Assembly (NCBI GenBank): GCA_050613775.1 | Contig: JBODTK010000148.1 | Coordinates: 248,001 to 312,000 of the forward strand | Source of the DNA: Neocallimastix sp. 'constans' | Lineage: Eukaryota | DNA length: 64,000 nt | Reading direction: 5' to 3' | Shown: in pieces, positions 45,829 through 58,319 of the stretch | Layout of the letters: each line of letters opens with the position of its first letter | Numbering within the stretch: the first letter of the stretch is position 1 | Made by a program: the position numbers and the translations under genes | The notes under the pieces: generated by a model | Databases searched by the model: none | The model's input: only the letters and a program-made list of their open reading frames with translations | Told to the model about the DNA's origin: nothing

Positions 45829-45845
<17 letters not shown>
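45645..45845. repeat. (ACTAAT)n microsatellite
   Basis: Direct reading; it starts just after the LINE poly(A). Confidence 0.95.
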
Positions 45846-45861
<16 letters not shown>

Positions 45862-46176
45862 ATTATACAAACAAACAGAAGTAAAAAAAAAATTATACAA
45901 ACAAATAAAATATATATATGTATATATTTATATCAAATAAACAAAACATGTAAATAATATATTAGAAATTATATCAAACAAATAAAAAAATTTTTTATTC
46001 CCTTTTTTTTTTTTTATATCTTATTTTTAATATTTACAAAGTTTATCTATAATTAAATATTATCTTGAAAATTAAATGATATTCATTTAATATTTTTGGA
46101 TTATTTTTCTTTTTTTTTGAGTTTGAATTTGAGTTAATTTGAAATTGATTTTTTATTGTTGAATTAATATACCCTA

Positions 46177-46208
<32 letters not shown>

Positions 46209-46253
46209 GAAAGAAAGAAAGAAAGAAAAAAAAAAAATATATATATATATATA

Positions 46254-46284
<31 letters not shown>

Positions 46285-46571
46285 TTTTTAATTTTGGTTT
46301 TATTTAATTTTTATAATATTGGAAATCAATTATTATTACATTTATATTTTTAATATGTGTAAATTTAAAGAAAAAAAAACAAAATTTTATGGTATATTAG
46401 AATAGTATAGATTAAAAGATTATTTTATTATATTTTTTTTTTTTAAAAAAAATGTCTCTATTATATAATATATTATTATTTTATTTTTGAATTTGTATTA
46501 AGTTTTTTTTTATTTTTTCTATTTTTATTTTTATTTTTTGTTTTTATTTTTTATTATATATATATTTCTAA

Positions 46572-46922
46572 TTATTCTTCAACAGAATTATTTTCTATTG
46601 AATTTTCTGAATTATTTAATGTTTTATTATTTTCTTTATTATTGGTATTATCGATATTTATACTATTATTTATGTCAATATTGGAATTGTCATTCTGATT
46701 ATCTTCTTTTATAGTATCAGTTATACTATGAGTAACATTTGCATTAATATTGAAATTACTTGAATTAATTTGATAGCTGTTTAAATTTGGATGTCCTCGG
46801 CGTTGATTATTCGTAAAAGCATTAGTAGTAATAGGTTTTTTCAAGTTATTTGAATGATATGGTTGATTATGCATTATACCATTATTTTTTTTGTAGGAAG
46901 AATTAGAAGAATTGGAAGACAT
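46572..46922 (-). CDS. Asn/Ser-rich hypothetical protein or gene fragment
   Basis: 116-aa ORF with AAAAAAATG context and coding-like composition. No recognisable domain. Confidence 0.4.
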   Translation of the reverse strand: MSSNSSNSSYKKNNGIMHNQPYHSNNLKKPITTNAFTNNQRRGHPNLNSYQINSSNFNINANVTHSITDTIKEDNQNDNSNIDINNSINIDNTNNKENNKTLNNSENSIENNSVEE

Positions 46923-47201
46923 TTTTTTAGTTTTTAATTTGAATTTAATTATATTATTTTATTATTACAGATGTCTTTTTATATAAATATATATTATATA
47001 GTATATTATATTATATATTATTTATTTTCAAGAATAAAAAAAAAATATTAATCTTTAAATATTTATATATATATATATATTTTAATGTTATAGTTAAAAA
47101 TTATTATGATGCATTTTACTTTTCTTATTGAATTTATTTTTATCTTTATTTTTTATTTTTATAAAAAAATAGTTTAATAAATTTTCTTTTTTATAATTAT
47201 A

Positions 47202-47277
<76 letters not shown>

Positions 47278-47958
47278 CTTTAATATCCAAGAAAGGAATT
47301 TTCTTTTTATATATTATTATTGCTATAAAAAAGGAATTTTCTATATATATATATATATAATTATATATATTTATATACATTAAAATACATTAATAATTAG
47401 AAATAATAAAATAATTATCTTTACATGCTTTAAATTTATTTTAAATAAAAATATATAAAACACCTTAATTTTTTTTGAAAAAATATAATGATACAAAGAA
47501 TTAAAGAAAGTATATATATTAACTTTTATTATTATTAATATTATTATTAATATTATTTTAATGTATTTTTTATATTAATATTTTATATAAATTTTTTGTA
47601 TAATCATAAAACTTTTTATTATAAATGAAATCTTTAATAATTACTATAATGAAATATTTCTTTAATAAATTTTAAATTTTTTATTATTATAATAATTATT
47701 ATTATAATGAAATATTTCTTTAATAAATTTTGAATTTTTTATTATTAATGGAATGATAATTAATATAATGAAATATTTCTTTAATAAATTTTAATCATAT
47801 TTATTAATTTTTTTTTAGAAAAATAAAAATTAAAATAAATAGATGAATAGATAAATTGATATATATATATATAAATATTTATATTTATATTTCAAATGAG
47901 TTCATTTGAAAATATAAAAAAGGATAGATTAAATTAAATTAGAAGAAAAAAAAAAAAA

Positions 47959-49461
47959 TTAATATAATTTATGGTCTATTTTAGAACTAATTTTTAAGAA
48001 TTTTTTAAAGAAAGAATTCACTTCATTTTCCATCTTTTTAGCATTGATTTTAGCTTTAATGTAAGAATTTTCATCCATATCCATATCCTCAATCTCCTTT
48101 AAATATTTTTCCATGATGGAGGAAACCCCTTTCTGTATTTTCTTTATAATATTTTTTTTATGAGCTTTATTATTGTGATCTTTTTTATTTTCAGCTTCAT
48201 CAATATCAACATCAACATTAGCATCAATAATTGCATGTTTAATTGGAGCCATATTTAATTTTAATTTATTTATTTCAGGTCTAAGTACATCAGCTTTAAA
48301 TATCATTTTCTTTTCATTTTTTTCATCTTGGATTGCATTTTGAATGATTTCTTGCTCTTCTTCTTCTTCACTTTTTTCTATTTCAACTTGATCATTTTCA
48401 TCTTCTGATTTCTTTCCTTCTTCTTCATCATTACTTTCATTACTTTCATCATTATTATAATCATTATTTTCATCATTATTATAATCATTATTTTCATCAT
48501 TATTTTCATCATTATTATAATCATTATTTTCATCATTATTATAATCATTATTTTCATCATTATTTTCATCATTATTATAATCATTATTATAATCATTATT
48601 TTCATCATTATTATAATCATTATTGTTATCATTATTTTCATCATTATAATCATTATTGTTATCATCATCTACAGATACAATTCCTTCTTCATTGGTTGGA
48701 GGAGTTGTAGGGACAACGGGGTATTCATTATTTCTTTCTTCTTCATTTTCCTCATTATTAACTTCTTCATTTTCATTTTCATCTTCATTTACAACTTCTT
48801 CATTTTCATTTTTTTCTTCATTTATAACTTCTTCATTTTCATTTTCATCTTCATTTATAACTTCTTCATTTTCATTTTCATCTTCATTTACAACTTCTTC
48901 ATTTTCATTTTCATCTTCATTTACAACTTCTTCATTTTCATTTTCATCTTCATTTACAACTTCATTATTTTCATTTTCATCCTCATTTACAACTTCATTA
49001 TTTTGATTTTGATTTTGATTTTCATTTTCAACTTCTTCATTTACATTTTCATTTACATCTTCTTCATTTTCTTCATCATTAAGTTCTTCATTTCCATTTC
49101 TAGTTTCGACTTCATTATTATTTACATTTCCATTTTCAATCTCATCTTCAACTTCATCATTTCCATTTCCATTCTCAGTTTCGACTTCATCTTCAATTTC
49201 AATGATAGTTTTAATAATGATTTCATCAGCATCATCAAGGCCGGGAATACCAATATTTTCAACGGCTTCAGGAGATAAAGTAGGAACATCCGCATCTACA
49301 TTTAAAGTTTCAGTAACAATTTCAGTAACTGTTTCATAATAAGTTTCGTATAAAGTTACCAAAGATTCCTCATTTTCATCTTCTCTTTTGTTGAGAGGAT
49401 TTGGAGCAGCTAAGCATAATAAAGCATTGAATAATAAGAAAGTTGCAATAATAAAACGCAT
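47959..49461 (-). CDS. Secreted acidic Glu/Asn/Asp-rich repeat protein
   Basis: 500-aa single ORF with signal peptide MRFIIATFLLFNALLCLA and APNPLNKR dibasic site. Tandem NEDENENEEVV and NNDENNDY repeats, Lys-rich C-terminus. Confidence 0.85.
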   Translation of the reverse strand: MRFIIATFLLFNALLCLAAPNPLNKREDENEESLVTLYETYYETVTEIVTETLNVDADVPTLSPEAVENIGIPGLDDADEIIIKTIIEIEDEVETENGNGNDEVEDEIENGNVNNNEVETRNGNEELNDEENEEDVNENVNEEVENENQNQNQNNEVVNEDENENNEVVNEDENENEEVVNEDENENEEVVNEDENENEEVINEDENENEEVINEEKNENEEVVNEDENENEEVNNEENEEERNNEYPVVPTTPPTNEEGIVSVDDDNNNDYNDENNDNNNDYNNDENNDYNNDYNNDENNDENNDYNNDENNDYNNDENNDENNDYNNDENNDYNNDESNESNDEEEGKKSEDENDQVEIEKSEEEEEQEIIQNAIQDEKNEKKMIFKADVLRPEINKLKLNMAPIKHAIIDANVDVDIDEAENKKDHNNKAHKKNIIKKIQKGVSSIMEKYLKEIEDMDMDENSYIKAKINAKKMENEVNSFFKKFLKISSKIDHKLY

Positions 49462-49643
49462 TTTACTTTATTTTATTCTATTTTTTTTTTTTTTTTTTTT
49501 TGGAAAAAAGATAATTAAATAATTTACTTAGTTTCTAAAAAAATAAATTATTTGAATATTATTTGATGCCTTTGTTAAATAAATAAAACAATTTTGTTTT
49601 TTAATTTTTTTTTTCTTTTTTAATTAAAATATATACTTTAATT

Positions 49644-49698
<55 letters not shown>

Positions 49699-49953
49699 AT
49701 TTCTATTGTACTCTTTTGTAATACAGTATAGTTATGCTATTATATTTTTATTTTTAATATTCATAAATATCTAATTACAATTTATTTTATAATATATATA
49801 TAATACAATTTTTTTGATGAAATTTAAATATTTCAAAAGCTAAATAAAAATTAATATTATATATATATGTATATAAGTAGAAGTATATTCTTAATTTTAT
49901 ATTTAGATTTTATTATTTACTATTTTTTATTATTAGTTTTAATTATTATTTTA

Positions 49954-49987
<34 letters not shown>

Positions 49988-50172
49988 TATTTAGATACTT
50001 TGTTTTTTGTTTCTATTTTTGTTTCTATTTACACTTTTATTTAAAATTTTTTTATTTACAATTTTTATTTATTATTTATTATTATTTTATTTATTTTTTA
50101 TTTATTTGTTATTTTTTTTTTTATTTTATTTTTTTATTTTTATTTTTTATTTTTATTTTTTTAATTTTTATT

Positions 50173-50204
<32 letters not shown>

Positions 50205-51637
50205 TTAATTCTTTATTTCTTATTTTTTATTTTTTACTCTCTATTTTAAAGATGATGATTAATGGTTTATATATTTTTCATTTTTTTTAAAAAAAATAAT
50301 AAAGATAATATAATGATACCAGTAATATATATAAATATATATACAATTATTGATTATATTAAAATTATTTTAATTTTTATTTATTTTTTTATTTATTTTC
50401 ATATAATTAATTTTAAATAATTTTATTTTAATTAATTAAATATTCTTTTTTAATTTTTAAAAAATTCGAAAATAAAATTAAAAAAGTTGATCTAGATATT
50501 ATCAAGAAAATAATAACAATAATAATAAATAATAAAAAAATATTTATTTATTATTATTATTTATTTATTTTTTTTTATTATATATAGTTTGTTTAACTAG
50601 ATATATGTTTAGTTGTTTAGTATATAAAATAGTACAGTTACAGTGTTATTTAAATACTTAAAATATGTTATAAATATAATATATATAATATATATATAAT
50701 TTTTTTATATTTTTACTTTTTCCATTTAGAGTATGAAAGAATGAAAATCAAATTTTTTTTAATTATTCTTGAAATAATGGAATTATTTCTTTATTAATTA
50801 TTGAATTAAAAATAAAATGAATCAATAATCAAATAAAAAAAATATATATATATATATATTTCTTTCCATATTGGAAAGATTAAAGGATATTCTTAATAAT
50901 GAAATATTATTATCTTTAAAAAATTAAAATTAATGAAATTAATAATATATATTAAAGTTATTACGGAATTTTTTTTTTTTAATTTTATTTATTTTATTTT
51001 ATTTTAGTCCAATCTGCCGTTTATAATATAATATTAAAAAAAGAATTAATATTTAAAAATAAAATTTTTTATAAGATATGAGAAAGTATAATTAATTAAA
51101 AATAAAATTTTAATTTAATATAAAAATTAAAAAAATATAAAAAAAAAAAAAATTATTTAATATTTATTTAAAATTTAAAATTTAACTGATTACTCATATT
51201 AGTTGCATGAAAGAAAGTCAAAATTCAAAAAAAAAAAATTAAAATTTTAACGGTCATTAATAAATGATTACTATTATTTTTTACTAATATTTTTATTTTT
51301 ATTATTTTTTTTTTTAAAAAAAAAACGGCCATTATGGAAAACAGAAAATATAATTAACATAATTAATTTTTATAATTAATTTTAATAATAATAATACTTT
51401 CATAATTAAAATAATAAATAATAATTATGATAATAATGATAATAATAATAATAATAATAATAATTTATATTTAAATTAAATTAACATATATAGTTAATAA
51501 TTTATTTTTCATTATAATTATTATTATAATTAGTTGTAATAATATAAATATCCAAAAATATAATATGATAGTTATATAATGATAATAAAAGATTTAACAT
51601 TATTTTTATTTTTTTTATATAAATAACAAAATATATA

Positions 51638-52090
51638 GAATTATCTGAATTAGAAAAATTGTAATAATAATTAAAAAAAATTTAATAACACTATTATTAT
51701 ATTAATTATAAGAAATTTATACATAAAATATTAATAATAAAAATATTTATTTACGTAGTAGAACTATAAGAATGAGGAAATGATTTTATAGAAATACCAA
51801 ATGAACTATTTAAATTGAAAAATTTAAAATATTTATAAGTATAAAAATTTTATTGAATTTATAAATAAGAAACTTTTAATTATATAACTAATTCTAATTT
51901 TTTTTTTCTAAAAAAAAAAAAAAAAAAAGAAAAAAAAATTAAATAATTAATTAATATAAAGAAATTTAGGAAATAATTCAATTGAAAAAATTCCTTCATC
52001 AATTGGAGAATTATCTGAATTGGAAATATTGTAATTAGTTATTAAATGATTACTTTTTAATTTTATATAAATTATATGATTATTTAAATG

Positions 52091-52125
<35 letters not shown>

Positions 52126-52995
52126 CACTATGAAAAGTAATAAAATTTAAAAATTGCCAAATGAACTCGGTCAATTGAAAAAATTAAAAGAACTGTGAGT
52201 TAAACTTTCTTTTTTATATATTAATAATAAACTATAAAATTTTATTTAAATTATTTATAATAAAATTTAAATATATAATAAAAAGACAATTAGAATATAA
52301 TAATATTAAAGCTATTCCATCAACTATTGGAGAATTATTTGAATTGGAAATATTGTAATAATTATTTAAATAGCGGTCTTTTTTTTTTTTTTTTATTATT
52401 TAAATATATAAATTATATATTTATTTAAATGAATAATTATATATATATAAAAGAACTATGAGTGGAAATTAAATTAAAGAATTACCAGAAGAACTATATA
52501 ATTTAAAATAATTAATTTTATAATTATTATTACTATTATTATTATTATATTAAGTTATTACAAGATATTATTAATAATATTTCAATTATTGTAAAATATT
52601 AATATTAATATTTAAAATTATTTTATTTTATTTCTTATAAATATGTAAGGAATTTTTATGACAATTATATTACAGAATTACCTGATGCCATTAATAATTT
52701 AAATAAGTTGAAATATCCTGTAGATCATGAAACTAAGGATAAAATTAAAAAAAAAAAATTAGAATATGAAGAAGAAGAAGAAGAGCATAGAATAAACGAA
52801 AAAGGACATAAAGAATTAATTACAATTATAGTTATATATTTGCTTATGATATTAGTTTTTATTGCGTTAATAATTTCTTGTTTAGTAATATCAGTTAAAT
52901 GTGGAATAAAATTATCTAATAAATTACTTAATAACCAAAATGGATTTCAAAAAAAAAAAAAAAAAAAAAAAAAAAGCATGAGGTTTCCTTTTTAA
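51638..52995 (+). pseudogene. Tandem paralog of the LRR-TM gene, disabled
   Basis: Exons and introns align with 54300-55946. Donor mutated GT>AT near 51835, in-frame TAA in two LRR exons, one LRR exon deleted, no signal-peptide exon found. Confidence 0.85.
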
Positions 52996-53515
52996 TAAAA
53001 GTGATAATTTTTTTTTCTATTGCAATTAGTTAATTCAGATATATATCTGAATAAACTAATTGTAATAGAAAGAAAATATATATATAAAAGAAAATAATCT
53101 TTCTAATAAAAGTATAATAAATATTGAAAACCATAAATGATAATATAATTTTTTTTTTTTTAATAATGAATAAAAATTTTACAATAATTAATAAATTTTA
53201 TTTTTTACTTTATATTTTAATTTAAAAATTACTAGTAAATTTCAATAATTTTTTTTATTTTTTTTTTAAATTTTATTAATTATAACTATAAATGTTCAAT
53301 TAATTTTATGAATTTAATTTTAATTAATTTTGGGTAAAATTTTATAAAATAAATAATTTAAAAAATTATAAATAATAATTATAACCATAAAAAAGTATTA
53401 AAATAATACATTTTTTCTAATCTATTTATTTTTTTAATATTTAAAAAAAAAATAAATTAAATTAAATAAAAGATCTTTTATATAAAATATCAAAAAAAAA
53501 GAAATAATAATTCAA

Positions 53516-54196
53516 ATGAAATTAATTTTATTTTTAATTAATATCATTTTTCTTTTCACTTTAACAGGGACTAATGTAATCAATGATAAAAATACTACCA
53601 ATAGTGATGATGAATGTCAAATTTATTATTCAATAATTGGTAAAAATGATGGAAGATGTAGTGAAGATAGTACTTATATGGGAAGTTATTCGTTTGCAAC
53701 ACTTAAAAATGGTCATATAATTGAAATGTATGAAATATTATCCAATTTATTATAATATATTAAATAAAATAATAAAATATATATTTTAGAGACTTTTTTT
53801 CAAAAGATTTAAATTATATTATGAATAAGAAACTTTTTAATTATATAGCTAATTCAAAAAAATTCTTTTAAAAAATTTAAATATAAATAAAAAAAGGTAT
53901 TTAGATTTGGAAGAAACAGATAAAATTCCTCCTTCTATTGAAAATTTATCTGAAATGGAAAAACTGTAATTATTAATTATTCTATTATTTAAATAATATT
54001 TTTTTTTATTATTATTATTTCATTATAAAGTATAAATTAAAAAATTATATAAAGATCCTTGTCAATTATGCCAATTGAAGAATTACCAGCTGAATTCTTT
54101 AAACTGAAAAAATTAAAAGAATTGTAAGTAATTATATATATTATTAAATTTTTAAATAATTTTTTAATCACAAAACTAATTTGTTAAAATAAATAA

Positions 54197-54231
<35 letters not shown>

Positions 54232-55252
54232 ATAATAATAATTATAATAAAAAAGAAAGTTATTTAGACTTAGATTAGAAAAAATTCCACCTGAAATTGG
54301 AGAATTATCTGAATTAGAAAAATTGTAATAATAATTAAAAAAAAATAAATAACACTATTATTGTATTAGTTAAAAGAAATTTATACATAAAAATATTAAT
54401 AAAAATATTTATTTACGTAATAGAACTATAGGAATGAATGAAAGAAATGTCATTACAGAAATACCAAATGAACTATTTAAATTGAAAAAATTAAAATATT
54501 TGTAAGTATAAAATTTTTATTGAATTTATAAATAAGAAATTTTTAATTATATAACTAATTCTATTTTTTTTTTTTTTTTCTAAAAAAATAAATAATATAA
54601 TATAATATAATATAATATAAAGAAATTTAGAAAGTAATTCAATTGAAAAAATTCCTTCGTCAATTGGAGAATTATCTGAATTGGAAATATTGTAATAGAT
54701 ATTAAATGATTACTTTTTAATTTTATATAAATTATATGATTATTTAAATGAATAATATATATATATAAAAGCACTATGAATAGTAATCAAATTAAAGGAT
54801 TGCCAAATGAACTCGGTCAATTGAAAAAATTAAAAGAACTGTGAGTTAAACTTACTCTATTATATATTAATAAGAAACTATAAAATTTTATTTAAATTAT
54901 TTATAATAAAATTTAAATATATAATAAAAAGACAATTAGAATATAATAATATTAAAGCTATTCCATCAACCATTGGAGAATTATCTGAATTGGAAATATT
55001 GTAATATTTCTGAGATTATTTAAATAACATTTTTTTTATTATTATTTAAATATATAAATTATATATTTATTTAAATGAGTAAATATATATATATATATAA
55101 GAACTATGAGTAGAAATCAAATTAAAGAATTACCAGAAGAGCTATTTAATTTGAAAAAATTAAAAGAATTGTATGTAATTTTATTTTATTTTTTTTTCAA
55201 TTTAATACAAGAATCTTTTAATAATATGATCAACTCCTAAAATCCTTTTTTG

Positions 55253-55310
<58 letters not shown>

Positions 55311-55946
55311 TTATTAATAATAATAATAAATATTATTACTATAATTATTATAAAAGAGATTTATCGAGTAATGAAATAGAGAAAGTCTCTTCATCTATTG
55401 GAAATTTAACCGAATTAAAAAAATTGTAAATATTATTATATCAAGTTATTACAAAGATATTATCAATAATATTTCAGTTATTGTGAAAAATATTAATATT
55501 AGTATTTAAAAATTATTTTATTTTATTTTATTTTATATAAATATGTAAGAAATTTTTATGATAATTATATTACAGAATTGCCTGATTCCATTAATAATTT
55601 AAGTAAGTTGGAATATCCTGTAAATCATGAAACTAAGGATAAAATTAAAGAAAGAATAGAATATGAAGAAAAAGAAGAGCGTAGAATAAACGAAAAAAGA
55701 CATAAAGAATTAGTTATAGCTATAGTTATATATGTGATTATGATATTAGTTTTTATTTTGTTAATAATTTCCTGTGTAATAATATCAATTATATATGGAA
55801 TAAAATTATTTAGTAAATTGCTTAATAAAAATAATAACCAAAATGAAAATATGAATCAAAATGAAAATATGAACCAAAATGAATTTCAGAAAAAAGGCCA
55901 AAACGAAATTCCCATTTCCATAAAACATAGTGAAATTTTAGTATAA
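53516..55946 (+). CDS. Single-pass LRR receptor-like protein, 11 exons: 53516-53727, 53897-53965, 54055-54123, 54256-54324, 54424-54501, 54623-54691, 54772-54840, 54932-55000, 55102-55170, 55357-55425, 55550-55946
   Basis: Signal peptide, Cys-containing cap, repeats such as NLESNSIEKIPSSIGELSELEIL, hydrophobic segment LVIAIVIYVIMILVFILLIISCVIISIIYGI, short tail. All junctions are AG/GT and phase 2. Confidence 0.88.
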
Positions 55947-56316
55947 ACTAATTGTAATAGAAAATTTAGAAATAATTATAAAAATAATATGAAATAAAAT
56001 AATCTTTCTATTAAAATATAAAATTTTAAAAAAATAATAATAAAAATAACAATAATAAAAATAAAGTTGATGGGTTTGCTTCACCCTAAATATTTTATAT
56101 ATATATATATATATAATGTAATAAAATGTAAATTATGTAAATAAATAACATTCTATGACAAATGTAGGTTATTAATTAATTAATTAATCGTTTAATAACG
56201 ATAAACTATTATATCACTAATTTTGGTAAAGAAAAAAATGGGACTTATGTTTATTAACATTTTTTTTCATATAAATATTATCAGTTCTAATTAAACTTGA
56301 CAGTTAACCTACTAAA

Positions 56317-57430
56317 ATGGCAGAAGAACTGGATGAGTATGAAAAAAAAAGCATTTAGAAATATTAGATGAGTATTTACCAGAATGTACAGTACTTCTAG
56401 GATGGAATGGAGATTTCCTTTTAGGTAATTACGAAAAAGAAATATATTTTATGTGGAAATGGTATTAGATGAACTATTAAAAGGAGTACTGGTTTCTGAC
56501 GAAGTTAATTCACGTTTCTTTGATATGATAGAAGAAGCATTCAAGAAAGGAGAATATCAAATTCTTTTCTACACCCGATTTAGATGCCAATAACAATCAT
56601 TACAAAAAAAAGAACAAGATGATTTTAAAGCTAAATTAGAACGTCATAATCTTTTTCATTCTATTTCTGGTACTATGAATAATATGGGTGCTATTATGGA
56701 AGAACCTGAATATGAGATTTCAGTGGCGGATATGTACGAAGGAAAAGTTGCACTTTACGTTCTCTCTCGTATTTCCGGCAAAGGGGCCGATCGAAAATTT
56801 ATTAAAGGTGATATTATATTAATAGATAACGAAAAAAAAAAAAAAAAAACATGTCATAAATGCATTAGCCTCTAGTTGTAAAAAAAATATGTTAGTATTA
56901 AACAACCTTGGACCAGTTGATTTATCTGGCTTAGAGGCCGTTTCCAATATTTTGGTCTTATCCCAATTAGGAGTGAATACTTCGAAAGCCTTAGGAGATT
57001 TATAGTTTCCGGTACCAAATATCCCTCTAGTAAATTAGCTACGACTTGGACGATGTAAGACGATTATTCGCCCTTAAGTAATTTTAGTCATGAAACCGAT
57101 ACGGACAATAAAGAAGGGGTTTTATTATGGGTCATCGTTATTTCGATACTATGGCCCGTAAAGCGTTATATTCCCCTTTTTGGTTTCGGTTTAAGTTATA
57201 CCGATTTTGAGTATACCGTTCAACATGTCCATTTGGTGGGAGAAGAATTTGTGATGGAAGTCGTTGTGAAGAATAAGGGAGAATGGAAAGGTAAAGAAGT
57301 ATTACAATTATGCCTTTCCAAATCCTCTACTCATTCAGATGAACCCTACCAGGTGTTAGTTCAATTTGAAAAAAACCAAATAATTAAATCCAGGCTAAGA
57401 AGGTTATCTATCTCTGTCATTTAAATTTTC
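56317..57430 (+). pseudogene. GH3 beta-glucosidase pseudogene, bacterial domain-permuted type, N-terminal half only
   Basis: Frameshifted, no introns seen: HLEILDEYLPECTVLL, EVNSR, MGAIMEEPEY, YVLSRISGKGADR, NILVLSQLG, PSSKLATTW, RYFDT, FGFGLSYTDF, GKEVLQL. Confidence 0.88.
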
Positions 57431-57695
57431 AGAGTATTAATTTTTACGGTATAATTATTATTTATCCATTAATTTATTAATATTATTAATAATTAAATAA
57501 AAAAAAATAATTAATATTTTTATTAATAGCCATTTTCTATTACTATTCTTTTAATTATTTATTTTAATTATTAATAAATTAATAAATAAAAAATTATAAT
57601 AGAAATATATAATATAATAGAAATATGATAATAGAAATATATAATAAAAATATAATTTTTCATCATTTTTATCAATTAATATTATATTATCAATG

Positions 57696-57815
<120 letters not shown>

Positions 57816-57974
57816 AATTATTATAAAATAATAATTAATCTTTTATTTTTTAATCTCCTCAATTATTTTTTTTTTATTTAATTATTAAAAAATAGAAATT
57901 AATCTATTATTTTTTAATTTCCTTACTCCTTATTAGCATAAATATTATAAAATAGTTTTTATTATTAAAAAATT

Positions 57975-58217
57975 TGTTAAGGAGTCAATATAAGATATGA
58001 TGTGTACACAACAAAATGTATTATTATTTAATTAAATTTAATTTATTATTTATTAATTTATATGATTTAAAAAAGTATTTAAAAAGACTCAAAATATTAA
58101 TTTCATAAAAAAATTTTCTTTTTATATTTTACATACAAATTATTACTTAATCAAATATTATAAATATTTATAATACTTTAATGTACAAAAGTTTAAATAT
58201 TATGTTGAACTTTAACA
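57975..58217 (-). repeat. 3' LTR of the copia element
   Basis: Direct repeat of 62952-63194. Confidence 0.97.
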
Positions 58218-58263
58218 TTCCCCCTACATTAAGTATTATATAATATTTTAATTATTATATACA

Positions 58264-58295
<32 letters not shown>

Positions 58296-58319
58296 TATAT
58301 ATATACAATTAAAGAAATA

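Noticed and set aside
54256..55170. Regularly spaced repeats resembling a CRISPR array
   Set aside because: The repeats are LRR exons and the spacers are GT-AG introns.
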